From positions 32,001 through 96,000 of the forward strand of contig JAQBVF010000002.1 of the NCBI GenBank assembly GCA_027623675.1: a stretch of DNA of 64,000 nucleotides. Direction: 5' to 3'. The position numbers were made by a program, and so were the translations under genes. Within the stretch, counting starts at the first letter, position 1; each line of letters starts with the position of its first letter. Below, in pieces: positions 27,160-36,053 of this stretch. The notes beneath the pieces were generated by a model. It worked only from the letters and a program-made list of their open reading frames with translations. It made no database searches and was not told where the DNA came from. The DNA is from Chloroflexota bacterium (GTDB lineage Bacteria > Chloroflexota > Dehalococcoidia > Lucifugimonadales > UBA3495).

Positions 27160-28359
27160 ATGGTTGACCAACTAAAACGACCCAAGGACCATCCCGAGAT
27201 CTATTGGTTCTCGGAGCAGCCATACGGGCATGTTGGCGAAGAAGACCTGAAGAAGTTCGACTCGGGCCGTCTTGGCTTCCCCAACTCCTACTTCGACCCG
27301 GAAAAGGCGTCCGTCCTCTACAACAATTACCACGAACAGTACCAGCTTGCCGACGAAGTGGGCTTTGACGGCATCATGAGCAACGAGCACCACGCCTCAT
27401 ACTGGTGCATGAAGCCGGCAGTGAACCTGGACGCCGCCGTCATCTCCAAGCTGACCAAGAACGTCAAGATCGCCATCTTGGGCAACGTCATCTCGGTGGG
27501 AGACCCCATCCGCATGGCCGAAGAGATCGCCATGCTGGACTGCTACTCCGGCGGCCGGATCATATCCGGGTTCGTCCGCGGCACCGCCGTCGAGACGCTT
27601 TTGTCGGGACAAGACCCGACGGAAAACTTCGCCCGGTTCCAGGAGGCCCACGACCTGATTATCAGGTGCTGGACCGAGGACGGCCCCTTCCGACATGAAG
27701 GCCAATATTTCAAGTACCGGGTCGTGAATCCGTGGGTCAAGCCCATGCAGAACCCCCGCCCCGACATCTGGTTCCCCGGCACCGGCAGCCCCGAGAGCGT
27801 GGTGTGGGCGGCCCAGCACGGCCACCCCTACATGAACTTGGGCGCTCTGGTGGACACCACCGAATGGCTGAAACAGATCTACATCGACACCGCCAAAGAG
27901 TCCGGATACAAGGCCGGCCCCGAGCATTTCGGCTACCTGCTTCGGTGCTTGGTGGCGGATACCGATGAGAAGGCCATCGAGATTGGCCGTGAGTTCATGT
28001 GGACCGCCGACCACCGTCAGAAGGGTCCCAGAGAGCACAACGACCCTCCCGGCTACCAGTCCCGCCGCGCCGTGGAAGTGAAGCGGGCGCGGCCAGCCCT
28101 GGGCACGGGCGCTTCCGAGTTCGGAAACCCGACAACCTACGACGAACTGCAAGCGGTGAACAACATCATCGTGGGCAGTCCCGAGACGGTAACCCGGAAG
28201 TTCACGGAGATCATCAACCGCCTGAGCCCCGGATACGTCCACATCTACGGCAACGAGGGCGCCATGAAGCACGAGGACACCATGCGGTCCATCGAGCTTT
28301 TGGGCAAGGAAGTTATCCCGGCCCTTCACGAGCTGCAACTCAGGCCCTACGACGACTAG
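27160..28359 (+). CDS. LLM-class flavin-dependent oxidoreductase (luciferase-like monooxygenase)
   Basis: ADEVGFDGIMSNEHH, PIRMAEEIAMLD, SGGR, IVGSPETV, SIELLGKEVIP. Confidence 0.9.
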   Translation: MVDQLKRPKDHPEIYWFSEQPYGHVGEEDLKKFDSGRLGFPNSYFDPEKASVLYNNYHEQYQLADEVGFDGIMSNEHHASYWCMKPAVNLDAAVISKLTKNVKIAILGNVISVGDPIRMAEEIAMLDCYSGGRIISGFVRGTAVETLLSGQDPTENFARFQEAHDLIIRCWTEDGPFRHEGQYFKYRVVNPWVKPMQNPRPDIWFPGTGSPESVVWAAQHGHPYMNLGALVDTTEWLKQIYIDTAKESGYKAGPEHFGYLLRCLVADTDEKAIEIGREFMWTADHRQKGPREHNDPPGYQSRRAVEVKRARPALGTGASEFGNPTTYDELQAVNNIIVGSPETVTRKFTEIINRLSPGYVHIYGNEGAMKHEDTMRSIELLGKEVIPALHELQLRPYDD

Positions 28360-28381
28360 CCGCCGACTTTCAGCTGTCAGC

Positions 28382-28420
28382 GAAAAGGCCCCCTCCGACG
28401 TGGTGGGGGCCTTTTCTTTT
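28382..28420. terminator. Bidirectional intrinsic terminator
   Basis: GAAAAGGCCCCC...GGGGGCCTTTTCTTTT between convergent genes. Confidence 0.75.
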
Positions 28421-28451
28421 CTGATCAGCCTGCCTCGCGTGTTACTGCGGT

Positions 28452-29054
28452 TTAGCTCAGTGCGGCGATCGTCTCGTCGGTGTTCCTGACCCGGACCAGC
28501 AGGGGCAGCACGTGATTGATGGTCATCTCGTGAACGTCGACCTCGCCGGCGGTGCAGCAGTCGCTGACCACCACGCACTGGATGTCCCGGTTCTTGGCGT
28601 CGCGGGCCGTGCCCTCAACGCTGCGCTGCGTGGAGATTCCGCCCACCAGGATGGTCTCGGTACCCAGGTGACGCAATATCTGGTCCAGGTTGGTGCCGTA
28701 GAAGGCGCTGAACCGGGGTTTCACCAGCAGGAAGTCTTCAGGCCGCATGGCCAACTCGTCGATGACGTCGACCGCCGGAGTGCCCGGCAGCATGGGGTTC
28801 CCGCCGCCACCGCCGATGTCGGACACGGTCTTGGGGCCGTCGGCGTTGTCTTCCCTGCGGTGGGTGGTGATGTATATGAGCGGCGTGCCGACCTTACGGC
28901 AGTGGGCGATCATCTTCTCGAAGCTTCCCACTATGGCCTTGCGGTTATCCGGCAGGCTGTAGGTGGGGCCGGGGCCTCCCTTGGCGATGGCGTTCACCAT
29001 GTCGATGATGATGAAGGCGGTTTTCTTGGGGTCCAGCTTTATTGCATCGGGCAT
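28452..29054 (-). CDS. Isochorismatase-family hydrolase (nucleophile Cys replaced by Ser)
   Basis: TAFIIIDMVN, KPRFSAFYGTNLD, GISTQRSVEGTARDA, VVSDCC. Confidence 0.88.
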   Translation of the reverse strand: MPDAIKLDPKKTAFIIIDMVNAIAKGGPGPTYSLPDNRKAIVGSFEKMIAHCRKVGTPLIYITTHRREDNADGPKTVSDIGGGGGNPMLPGTPAVDVIDELAMRPEDFLLVKPRFSAFYGTNLDQILRHLGTETILVGGISTQRSVEGTARDAKNRDIQCVVVSDCCTAGEVDVHEMTINHVLPLLVRVRNTDETIAALS

Positions 29055-29158
29055 GACATCCTCCTTTTTTGACTTAATGGCTGCTTGATGGCTCTTTGCC
29101 CTGATCGTTCTCTGGCCGGATCGTCGGTCAGGCTTGTTTCGTGCGGTCGGTCAGATGC

Positions 29159-29196
29159 GAGTAAAGGCGTCCCGATCCACCGGGACGCCTTTACTC
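29159..29196. terminator. Terminator-like hairpin
   Basis: GAGTAAAGGCGTCCCG-ATCCAC-CGGGACGCCTTTACTC, downstream of the YHS gene on the minus strand. Confidence 0.65.
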
Positions 29197-29261
29197 ATTT
29201 GTGTCATTCATGACAGTCTTAGACCGGTTCCCATCTAGCCTCAGACGCCGTTACGGACCCC

Positions 29262-29459
29262 TTAGCTGAGGTAGGTAGCGGGACTGGCCAGGAACTTGGT
29301 CCGGCAGTCCAGACCGCAGAAGTAAATCCACTGGCCGTCGTGGAAGATACGGGTGCCTTGGGCCGGGTCCACCTCCGACGCCCCATGGGCGGTCTGCGAG
29401 GTCTGCGCCCGTGCTTGCTCCTCGTCTATCTCGTTGCCACAAACCGGATCTTTGGCCAT
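29262..29459 (-). CDS. YHS/TRASH-domain small metal-binding protein
   Basis: MAKDPVCG...HDGQWIYFCGLDCRTKFLASPATY. GGGAG SD. Confidence 0.85.
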   Translation of the reverse strand: MAKDPVCGNEIDEEQARAQTSQTAHGASEVDPAQGTRIFHDGQWIYFCGLDCRTKFLASPATYLS

Positions 29460-29551
29460 TGGTGCTCTCCCTTTACCGCAGCCGTGGTCCTGGCTGCTTC
29501 ATATATCTGATATCCAACGATGTATCCCCTGGGCTTCGCGCCGGAGTCGCT

Positions 29552-30727
29552 TTAGGCCCCGGTGGGCAGGGGCATCCCCAGGCGGACCTCGCCGGGAACG
29601 TCCAGCAGCGCCGCGGCGATCCTCGCCCGGTGGTCGTAGGTCGTCCCCAGACGCATGGTCCAGGCGGTGACGCGGCGGAACCACAGGTGGAGGTCGAATT
29701 CCATCATAAAACCGATTCCGCCGTGGACCACCTGCGAGTGGCGGACCACCGATTCGCATTTCTCGTTGCAGAATGCTTTGGCCTGGGAGACCTCAACCGA
29801 AGCGGGCATTCCCTCGTCCATCTTCCACAGCGCCTCATAGGTCAACATCTGGCCGCCGTCGACATGCAGAATCATGTCTGCCAGCAGGTGCTGCACCGAC
29901 TGGAAAGACCCGATGGGCCGCCCAAAGGCCACCCGGTTCTTGGCATACTCGATGGCCATCTCAGCGTCTTTACGGGTCGCGCCGACCATCTGGCAGCAAA
30001 GCAGGGCAGTGGCACGGTCCAGCATGCTCTGGATGATGGGCCAACCCTCGTCAACTTCGCCCACCAAAGCGGCCCGGTCGACCCGAACGTTGTTCAGGTC
30101 AACCCGGCTCTGCTTGTCTTTGGCCAGGGTGACCAGCGAAGTCTGGTTCACGCCGGTGCCGTTGGGGTCGATTATGAACAGGGAGATGCCCTCGTTGGCC
30201 TCCGAAGCGGGGGAGGTGCGGCAGGCCACCAGACACCGCTGGGCCACGACAAAGTTATCGACGAACATCTTGGTGCCGTTCAGCACCCAGCCGTCTCCGT
30301 CGGCCACGGCCTGCAGCTGCATGGCGCTGGGTATCAAACGGGGGTCGCGCTCATATACAGCCCAGGTCAGAATCATGTTGCCGTCGGCGACCGCCGGGAG
30401 TATGTCCTGTTTCTGCTGGCTGGTCCCTTCGTTGGCGATGGTCAAAGCCGCCACCATGGTACTGTGCAGGGGCACCGGCGCCATGACCCGGCCGATCTCT
30501 TCATGCACCAGGCCCAGGTAGGTCAGGGGCAGCCCTTGTCCGCCGTATTCCTCGGGTAGGGCCAGGCCCAGCCAGCCCAGGTCGGCCATCTGTTTCCAGA
30601 GCGCCGGGGGGTAACCCAGCCCGTCGATCTCCATCTCGCGGACCATGGCCGTGGAGACTTCCGCTTCCAGGAACTCCCTGGCCACGTTCTTAAGCATCTG
30701 TTCTTCTTCGGAAGGCAGTATATCCAT
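29552..30727 (-). CDS. Acyl-CoA dehydrogenase (probable partner subunit of a heteromeric ACAD)
   Basis: ADLGWLGL, LNGTKMFV, YAKNRVAFGRPIGSFQSVQH, HGGIGF. The FAD-binding segment is degenerate (TWAVYE). Confidence 0.88.
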   Translation of the reverse strand: MDILPSEEEQMLKNVAREFLEAEVSTAMVREMEIDGLGYPPALWKQMADLGWLGLALPEEYGGQGLPLTYLGLVHEEIGRVMAPVPLHSTMVAALTIANEGTSQQKQDILPAVADGNMILTWAVYERDPRLIPSAMQLQAVADGDGWVLNGTKMFVDNFVVAQRCLVACRTSPASEANEGISLFIIDPNGTGVNQTSLVTLAKDKQSRVDLNNVRVDRAALVGEVDEGWPIIQSMLDRATALLCCQMVGATRKDAEMAIEYAKNRVAFGRPIGSFQSVQHLLADMILHVDGGQMLTYEALWKMDEGMPASVEVSQAKAFCNEKCESVVRHSQVVHGGIGFMMEFDLHLWFRRVTAWTMRLGTTYDHRARIAAALLDVPGEVRLGMPLPTGA

Positions 30728-30832
30728 TGTTTTCCTTACAGGCGCTTTCGGCTCTGGGTTAGTTGCCAGGCCGCGGCGCAGACATGAACTCGATTTGCCA
30801 ACTTGATCTGCCGCCTAGATTATACGGACGAG

Positions 30833-32035
30833 CTAACCCCGGGGCATGCCCAGGCCACGGCGGGCCATCTGGTCGCGCATGATCTGCACGCTGCCGTGGT
30901 TGATGCCCGACTGGAACGAACCCATCAGGTTGTGAGCGTACAAGCCGCCCTCGATGGCCTCTTCAGAGCTGCTAAGCAATTGGGCGTAGGGCCCCAATAT
31001 CTGTGATATCGCCTCGGTGGTGTGGACTCCGTGCTCGGGCGCCCATACTTTCTCAGCCGAACCTTCGTAGGTGAAGTTGCCGCCGCGTTCCACCAGCGAC
31101 ATGCTGCGCATGGTCATCAGACGGCAGACCTGGGCCTCGGTCCAAAGCTCGGCCAACTTGTCGCGCACGGCCGGGTCGTCGGCCGGGGAATGGCCGCCAA
31201 AGTCGTTCTGTTTGACCCAGTTGACGATGTCCTCGTCGCGGCGGACGGAGATCAGGTATCGGCTGGCGCCGACACGGTCCAGGTTCAGGCCCATGGCTCC
31301 CACGTACCAGCCCTGGTTCTCCTCGCCCAACAGGCACGACGCCGGGATGCGCACATTCTCGAAGAAGGTCTCATTGGTTCGGGCCATGCCGTAGGTTGTG
31401 CCCAGGGGGGCGGGCGGGTCGCTCTGGATCGTCCACAGCGGCCTCACGGTGATTCCAGGAGTGTCCATCGGTATCAGGAAGATGGAGATGCCCCGGTGCC
31501 TTGGGGCGTCAGGGTCGGTCCGGCACATCATATAGATGTGGGTGGCGTAGTGAGCGGCGGAGGTGTACATCTTCTGTCCGTTGATGACGTACTCGTCACC
31601 GTCGCGCACCGCCCGGGTCTGCAGTCCGGCCAGGTCGGCCCCCGCCTGAGGCTCGGTGAACCCCAGGGCGAATATAATCTCGCCGCGAATCATACCGGGA
31701 ATGAAATACTCTTTCTGTTCCTCGGTCCCGGCGGCTAGGATGGCCGGAGCGCCGCTGCCTGCGCCGCCAATCCCGATGCCCAGCCTCATGAACTCTTCTT
31801 CGACGATGTACTGGTCCATGCGGCTGCCGCTCTGGCCGCCGTATTCCTTGGGCCAACTGATGCCGATCCAGCCCTTCTCGGCGACCTTCTGCACCAGGGC
31901 GCGGTACTCGGGGCCTCGGCCGCCTTCTTCACCGCTGTCCATCTCGTCGATGAGACCCTGGCTGACGTTTTCAGCGATGAACGCCCGAACTTGCTGGCGA
32001 AGGTCTTCTTGTTGCTGTGTATAACCGAAATCCAT
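30833..32035 (-). CDS. Acyl-CoA dehydrogenase (probable catalytic subunit)
   Basis: GWIGISWPKEYGG, LGFTEPQAGADLAGLQT, INGQKMYTS, GEENQGW, LNLDRV. Start at ATG 32035 after GAGGAG. Confidence 0.9.
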   Translation of the reverse strand: MDFGYTQQQEDLRQQVRAFIAENVSQGLIDEMDSGEEGGRGPEYRALVQKVAEKGWIGISWPKEYGGQSGSRMDQYIVEEEFMRLGIGIGGAGSGAPAILAAGTEEQKEYFIPGMIRGEIIFALGFTEPQAGADLAGLQTRAVRDGDEYVINGQKMYTSAAHYATHIYMMCRTDPDAPRHRGISIFLIPMDTPGITVRPLWTIQSDPPAPLGTTYGMARTNETFFENVRIPASCLLGEENQGWYVGAMGLNLDRVGASRYLISVRRDEDIVNWVKQNDFGGHSPADDPAVRDKLAELWTEAQVCRLMTMRSMSLVERGGNFTYEGSAEKVWAPEHGVHTTEAISQILGPYAQLLSSSEEAIEGGLYAHNLMGSFQSGINHGSVQIMRDQMARRGLGMPRG

Positions 32036-32208
32036 TTTGAGACTCTCCTCTCTTTGGATAGAGCAGGCCTGGGGTAAAACAGGCCCAGGGATAAAACAGG
32101 CCTGGCTCAGGCAAGCCAGCCGGGCCACGGCCCCGTGGTTCACGCGTTGTCATTTTCCAGTGCCACCGAATCGGTGTCAAGTTGACCCGGACGCGATCGT
32201 CCGGACGC

Positions 32209-34065
32209 CTATTCCTCGTTCAGCCCCAGCAGTATCGGCCGCAACTGCTCGACCAAGGGCGGCAGGTACTCCTCCCACGTGCCCACGATACCGAAGTCTG
32301 ACGAACGAAACATAACCGCCCGGCGGTTCTGGTTCAGGGCGATGATCACCCCGGCCCGTTGCAGTCCCACGGTGTGATTGAAGGCCCCGCGAATAGCCAC
32401 CGCCAGGTACACCTTGGGGGCGATGGTGCGCCCGCTGATGCCTACCATGGCCTGCTGGGGCAGCCACCCCTCGTGGACCACGTCGCGGGTGGTGGCGATG
32501 GTGGCGCCGATGGACCGGGCCAACTCCCGTATCTTGGTCAGGCTCTCCGTGCCGCCGATCCCCATGCCCACGCCCAGTACCACCCGGGCTTTGGCCAGCA
32601 TCAGGCCGGCCAGGTCTTCCTGGAACTCCTCACTCAGCAGACGGACGTCCGGGCCGTCAAAGGGTGCGGCAGCAAGTTCTTCCACGGTTGGGGCAACGCC
32701 CGGCTCCGGGACGGCGGGAGTGAGCAGCCCCGGCCGCAGCGTCACCAGGTTGGGCAGAGTCTTGGAGAGGATGGGCGCGATCACGTTGCCGCCCAGGGCT
32801 GGTTTCAGCTGGACCAGCCGGCCTTCCCCGTCGATCTCCAGGTCGATGGCGTCACCCGTAAGGCCCAATTCCAGCCTGGCCGCCAGCCGGGAAGCCAGGT
32901 CGCGTCCGTCGGCGGTGGCGGCGAACAGAACGGCGTAGGGCCGTTCTCTCGCGACGGCGCCGGCGAACGCCTGGCCCACGGCGCGCCCGCAGACCGGCCC
33001 GATAGGCGAGTTATCCAAGACCAACACCCGGTCGGCCCCCTGAGAACCCAGTTCTGCGATGGTGTCTTCCCGCCGGGGCGCGATGACCACAGCCACGACT
33101 TCGCTCCGGGTGGTCTGGGTCAACTCGCGGGCCTTTCCCAGCATTTCCATGGTGACATGCGCCAGGCCTTCATTGGTGTTTTCGGCCACCACCCAGATGC
33201 TCCGTTCCTTCCTGCCGGGATAGCGAGGCAGGGCAACGGGAGCGTCAACATAGGCATCAGCTTGGGACTCCGCCGCCAACTCCGCGAGACGCAGACGCAG
33301 GAAATCGGCCACCTGCTTGGCGGCCTCTTCGGGAGTGAGGTCCTGCAGCAGGACACCCAGCCGATTGGGTTCCACCAGGCGGATCTCATCCACCCAAGTA
33401 GGCGAGCCGGCAGACCCGATGGTGGAGAGGTCTATGGACAGGTCGGCGCAGGTCAGCACCTCAGTGGGAATCCCCGCCGCCCGGTCCATCTGTTCCTGAT
33501 CAGGAAAGAGTTCGGGGGCCACGCCTTCGGTCACGCAGACGAGTGCGGGGAGGTCGCATTCAAGGATCTGAAACCCCTCGTCTGTCATGCGCTCCACGAT
33601 CACCGCTTTCCCGTCGTCCCGCATCTCCAGTTTGCGGACATTGCTGATATGGGGTAGGCCCATCAGTTCGGCAATCTCGGGGCCGACCTGGCCCGTTTCG
33701 CCGTCGCTGCTGTTCCGGCCGCAGATGATCAGGTCAGGCTTCTCCCGGGCCAGCGCCCGCGACAGCGCCCGCGAGGTTGCCAGCGTGTCAGACCCGGCCA
33801 ATGCCCGGTCGGATAGCAGCACGGCCCGGTCCGCGCCCAGGGCCACGCAGTTGGTCAGCCCTTCGGTGGCGTTGGGCGGCCCCATTGAGATTACAACCAC
33901 CTCGTCACCGGGTGACTGCTTTAATTCGACAGCCCGGACCAAGGCCAGAAGGTCGAAGGGGTTAACCTCGGAGGGGACTCCTTCGCGGATGATGGTCTTG
34001 GCTTCGTAGTCGAATCTGATACGCGCGATGACTGGCACGTACTTCATGCATACGGCGGTTTTCAT
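32209..34065 (-). CDS. Fused electron-transfer flavoprotein beta-alpha (EtfBA)
   Basis: N-half EtfB motifs (KYVP, NPFD, GADRAVLLSDRALAGSDT, CGRNSSDGETGQVG). C-half EtfA motifs (IWVVAE, GRDLASRLAARL, VGISGRTIAPKVYLAVAIRGAFNH). Confidence 0.88.
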   Translation of the reverse strand: MKTAVCMKYVPVIARIRFDYEAKTIIREGVPSEVNPFDLLALVRAVELKQSPGDEVVVISMGPPNATEGLTNCVALGADRAVLLSDRALAGSDTLATSRALSRALAREKPDLIICGRNSSDGETGQVGPEIAELMGLPHISNVRKLEMRDDGKAVIVERMTDEGFQILECDLPALVCVTEGVAPELFPDQEQMDRAAGIPTEVLTCADLSIDLSTIGSAGSPTWVDEIRLVEPNRLGVLLQDLTPEEAAKQVADFLRLRLAELAAESQADAYVDAPVALPRYPGRKERSIWVVAENTNEGLAHVTMEMLGKARELTQTTRSEVVAVVIAPRREDTIAELGSQGADRVLVLDNSPIGPVCGRAVGQAFAGAVARERPYAVLFAATADGRDLASRLAARLELGLTGDAIDLEIDGEGRLVQLKPALGGNVIAPILSKTLPNLVTLRPGLLTPAVPEPGVAPTVEELAAAPFDGPDVRLLSEEFQEDLAGLMLAKARVVLGVGMGIGGTESLTKIRELARSIGATIATTRDVVHEGWLPQQAMVGISGRTIAPKVYLAVAIRGAFNHTVGLQRAGVIIALNQNRRAVMFRSSDFGIVGTWEEYLPPLVEQLRPILLGLNEE

Positions 34066-34154
34066 TGATCGGTGCGCCTCGAGATTAGAATGGCAGGGGA
34101 GGGGTATTTCCCCATTTATTGCGTATTGCGGTCGATTGCGATCGACTGATGTGT

Positions 34155-35540
34155 CTAGTCGCTGTCCGAAACGTTGACGCCCATCGCCTCTTCCCGGACC
34201 GCCGATGTCAGTCGCTCCAGGCGTCCGCTGATGCCAACGGGGTAGCGGGGTGGGTTGCTCAGGGCTTTGAAGCGGTCGTCCAAAAGGCCGAAGTCCTCTT
34301 GGAACCGGCGTCTGACCTCTTCTAGGGTGGCGGCCGGCCCGACCCTCCGCCCGTCCTTCATGACCTCTTCCAGGACCGGCAGCCCACCCGGCAGTTCTTC
34401 TTCGGCCATGGCGATGATATCTTTGGCGAACATGCCGCCTGCGCCCTTGGTGCGGTAGACCTGCTTGGCGCCGGGCAGAGAAACCTTGTCTGTGCTGAGT
34501 TTCATCACCGGCCGGCCATCATAAGAGACCAACTTGTAGGCCATGTCGGTCCAGGGCGCGTCGGCCGAGACGCCCGCTTTGGTGCCCACGCCGAACATGT
34601 CGATGGGAGCGCCCGCTTTGACCAGCTTCTCCAGTTCGTATTCATCGAGGCCGCCGCTGGCCAGTATCTTGACGTGATCCAAACCCGATTCGTCCAGTAT
34701 CCGGCGCACCTGACGGCTCAGTTCATCGAAATCTCCCGAGTCCAGCCGAACCGCCGTCAACTTTTGCCCCTTGGCTTCCATCTCCTTGCCCACCGTCACC
34801 GCGTTCCAGGTCCCGGCGACGGTGTCGTAGGTGTCCACAAGGAGCACGGTGCGGTCGGGGAAAGATTCGGCGTAGGCCCGGAAGGCGTTTAGCTCGGAAT
34901 CAAAGCTGGAGATGAATGAGTGGGCCATGGTGCCGGTAGGCGGCATCCCGTAAAGGTTGGCGGCGAGGACGTTACTGGTGGAATTGAACCCGGCGATGTA
35001 GCTGGCCCGGGCCATCTTGAGGGCCGCGTCGGTGCCCTGGGTGCGCCGCGAGGCGAAGTCGGCGACGCCTCGCCCCTGTGCCGCCCAGACGCAACGGGAG
35101 GCTTTGGTGGCCAGCATGCTTTGGAGGTTCACCTGGTTGATGATGAAGGTCTCAGCGATCTGGGCTTGGATCAGAGGCGCCGTTACCTCCACCGCCGGTT
35201 CGCCGGCGAAATATAGCCTGCCTTCGGGGATGGCGCGGACACTGCCAGTGAACCGGAAGCCAAGCAGGTAATCTAGAAAGTCATCGTTGAATATGCCGGT
35301 GGCCCGCAGGTAATCGACGGAGCGGTCGCTGAAATTCAGGTTGGAAAGATAGTCCAACACGTCTTCCAGACCGGCGGACACGAAGTAGGCGCGGTTAACT
35401 GGATAGGTGCGGGTGAACAGGCTGAAGGTTGCCTCGGCTGACATCCCCTGGCGTAGGAACGCCTGGGACATGGTTAGCTCATAAAGGTCGGTGAAAAGGC
35501 CCAGGTCTTCTCCGGGCAGTGGGAGTTTTGGCTCGGTCAT
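34155..35540 (-). CDS. pncB: Nicotinate phosphoribosyltransferase
   Basis: LFTDLYELTM, DFASRR, GTMAHSF, LVDTYD, RLDSGD, ASGGLDE, FGVGT. Confidence 0.93.
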   Translation of the reverse strand: MTEPKLPLPGEDLGLFTDLYELTMSQAFLRQGMSAEATFSLFTRTYPVNRAYFVSAGLEDVLDYLSNLNFSDRSVDYLRATGIFNDDFLDYLLGFRFTGSVRAIPEGRLYFAGEPAVEVTAPLIQAQIAETFIINQVNLQSMLATKASRCVWAAQGRGVADFASRRTQGTDAALKMARASYIAGFNSTSNVLAANLYGMPPTGTMAHSFISSFDSELNAFRAYAESFPDRTVLLVDTYDTVAGTWNAVTVGKEMEAKGQKLTAVRLDSGDFDELSRQVRRILDESGLDHVKILASGGLDEYELEKLVKAGAPIDMFGVGTKAGVSADAPWTDMAYKLVSYDGRPVMKLSTDKVSLPGAKQVYRTKGAGGMFAKDIIAMAEEELPGGLPVLEEVMKDGRRVGPAATLEEVRRRFQEDFGLLDDRFKALSNPPRYPVGISGRLERLTSAVREEAMGVNVSDSD

Positions 35541-35584
35541 CTATTCCGCAATGGGGCTGTGTGGTTTCCGTTAGGTTAGGGCGT

Positions 35585-35614
35585 ATTATGTTGGCGTTCC
35601 GAAGGCGATGTCAA
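35585..35614 (-). promoter_or_regulatory. Putative promoter of pncB
   Basis: Minus strand TTGACA-N18-CATAAT. Confidence 0.5.
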
Positions 35615-35671
35615 CCGAGTCTGGGCGTGGTCCACGCCTGAGCGCCGTACAGCCAAGCGGCCACCCTCTTC

Positions 35672-35700
35672 TTGACACGATGACTGCCCCTTAGTAACAT
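35672..35700 (+). promoter_or_regulatory. Sigma-70 promoter of the SAM-riboswitch operon
   Basis: TTGACA-N17-TAACAT. Confidence 0.65.
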
Positions 35701-35782
35701 TTAGGCGACCCTCGGTGTGTTTACCAAGCCACCTGCGGTTGGTTTTACTGATTGTCTTAAAAACAGAAAAGTAACTCAGAAA

Positions 35783-35916
35783 CCCTTATCCAGAACGGCA
35801 GAGGGGACGGCCCGATGAAGCCTAGCAACCGGTCCTAGTCCGCCACGGCAGGCGACGATACGGTGCTAATTCCGGCGCCAGACGCTGCGCCAGCAGCGCC
35901 AGGCGAAAGATGAGGG
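35783..35916 (+). ncRNA. SAM-I riboswitch (S-box)
   Basis: CTTATCCAGA...GGCAGAGGGGACGGCCCGATGAAGCC..GCAACC...GGTGCTAATTCC...GAAAGATGAG; P1 CCCTTATC/GATGAGGG. Lies upstream of SAM-cycle genes. Confidence 0.93.
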
Positions 35917-35935
35917 GAGGCTCAGAGTACCTGTG

Positions 35936-35960
35936 AGCTTCTCTCTCGAGAAGCTTTTTT
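35936..35960 (+). terminator. Riboswitch expression-platform terminator
   Basis: AGCTTCTC-TCTC-GAGAAGCT-TTTTT right after the aptamer. Confidence 0.8.
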
Positions 35961-36053
35961 AATGTCTGAGACCAATCATATCCCCCGGTTCCACGGCGAT
36001 GGCGCTAGGCCATCGCCCAAGGATGCGGCCTAGAAACCCCTGGAGTATTTCCG

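Noticed and set aside
484..35540. Nicotinate degradation cluster (maleate isomerase, isochorismatase-family amidase, pncB)
   Set aside because: The genes are up to tens of kb apart, the hydrolase lacks the catalytic Cys, and no nicotinate hydroxylase is present.
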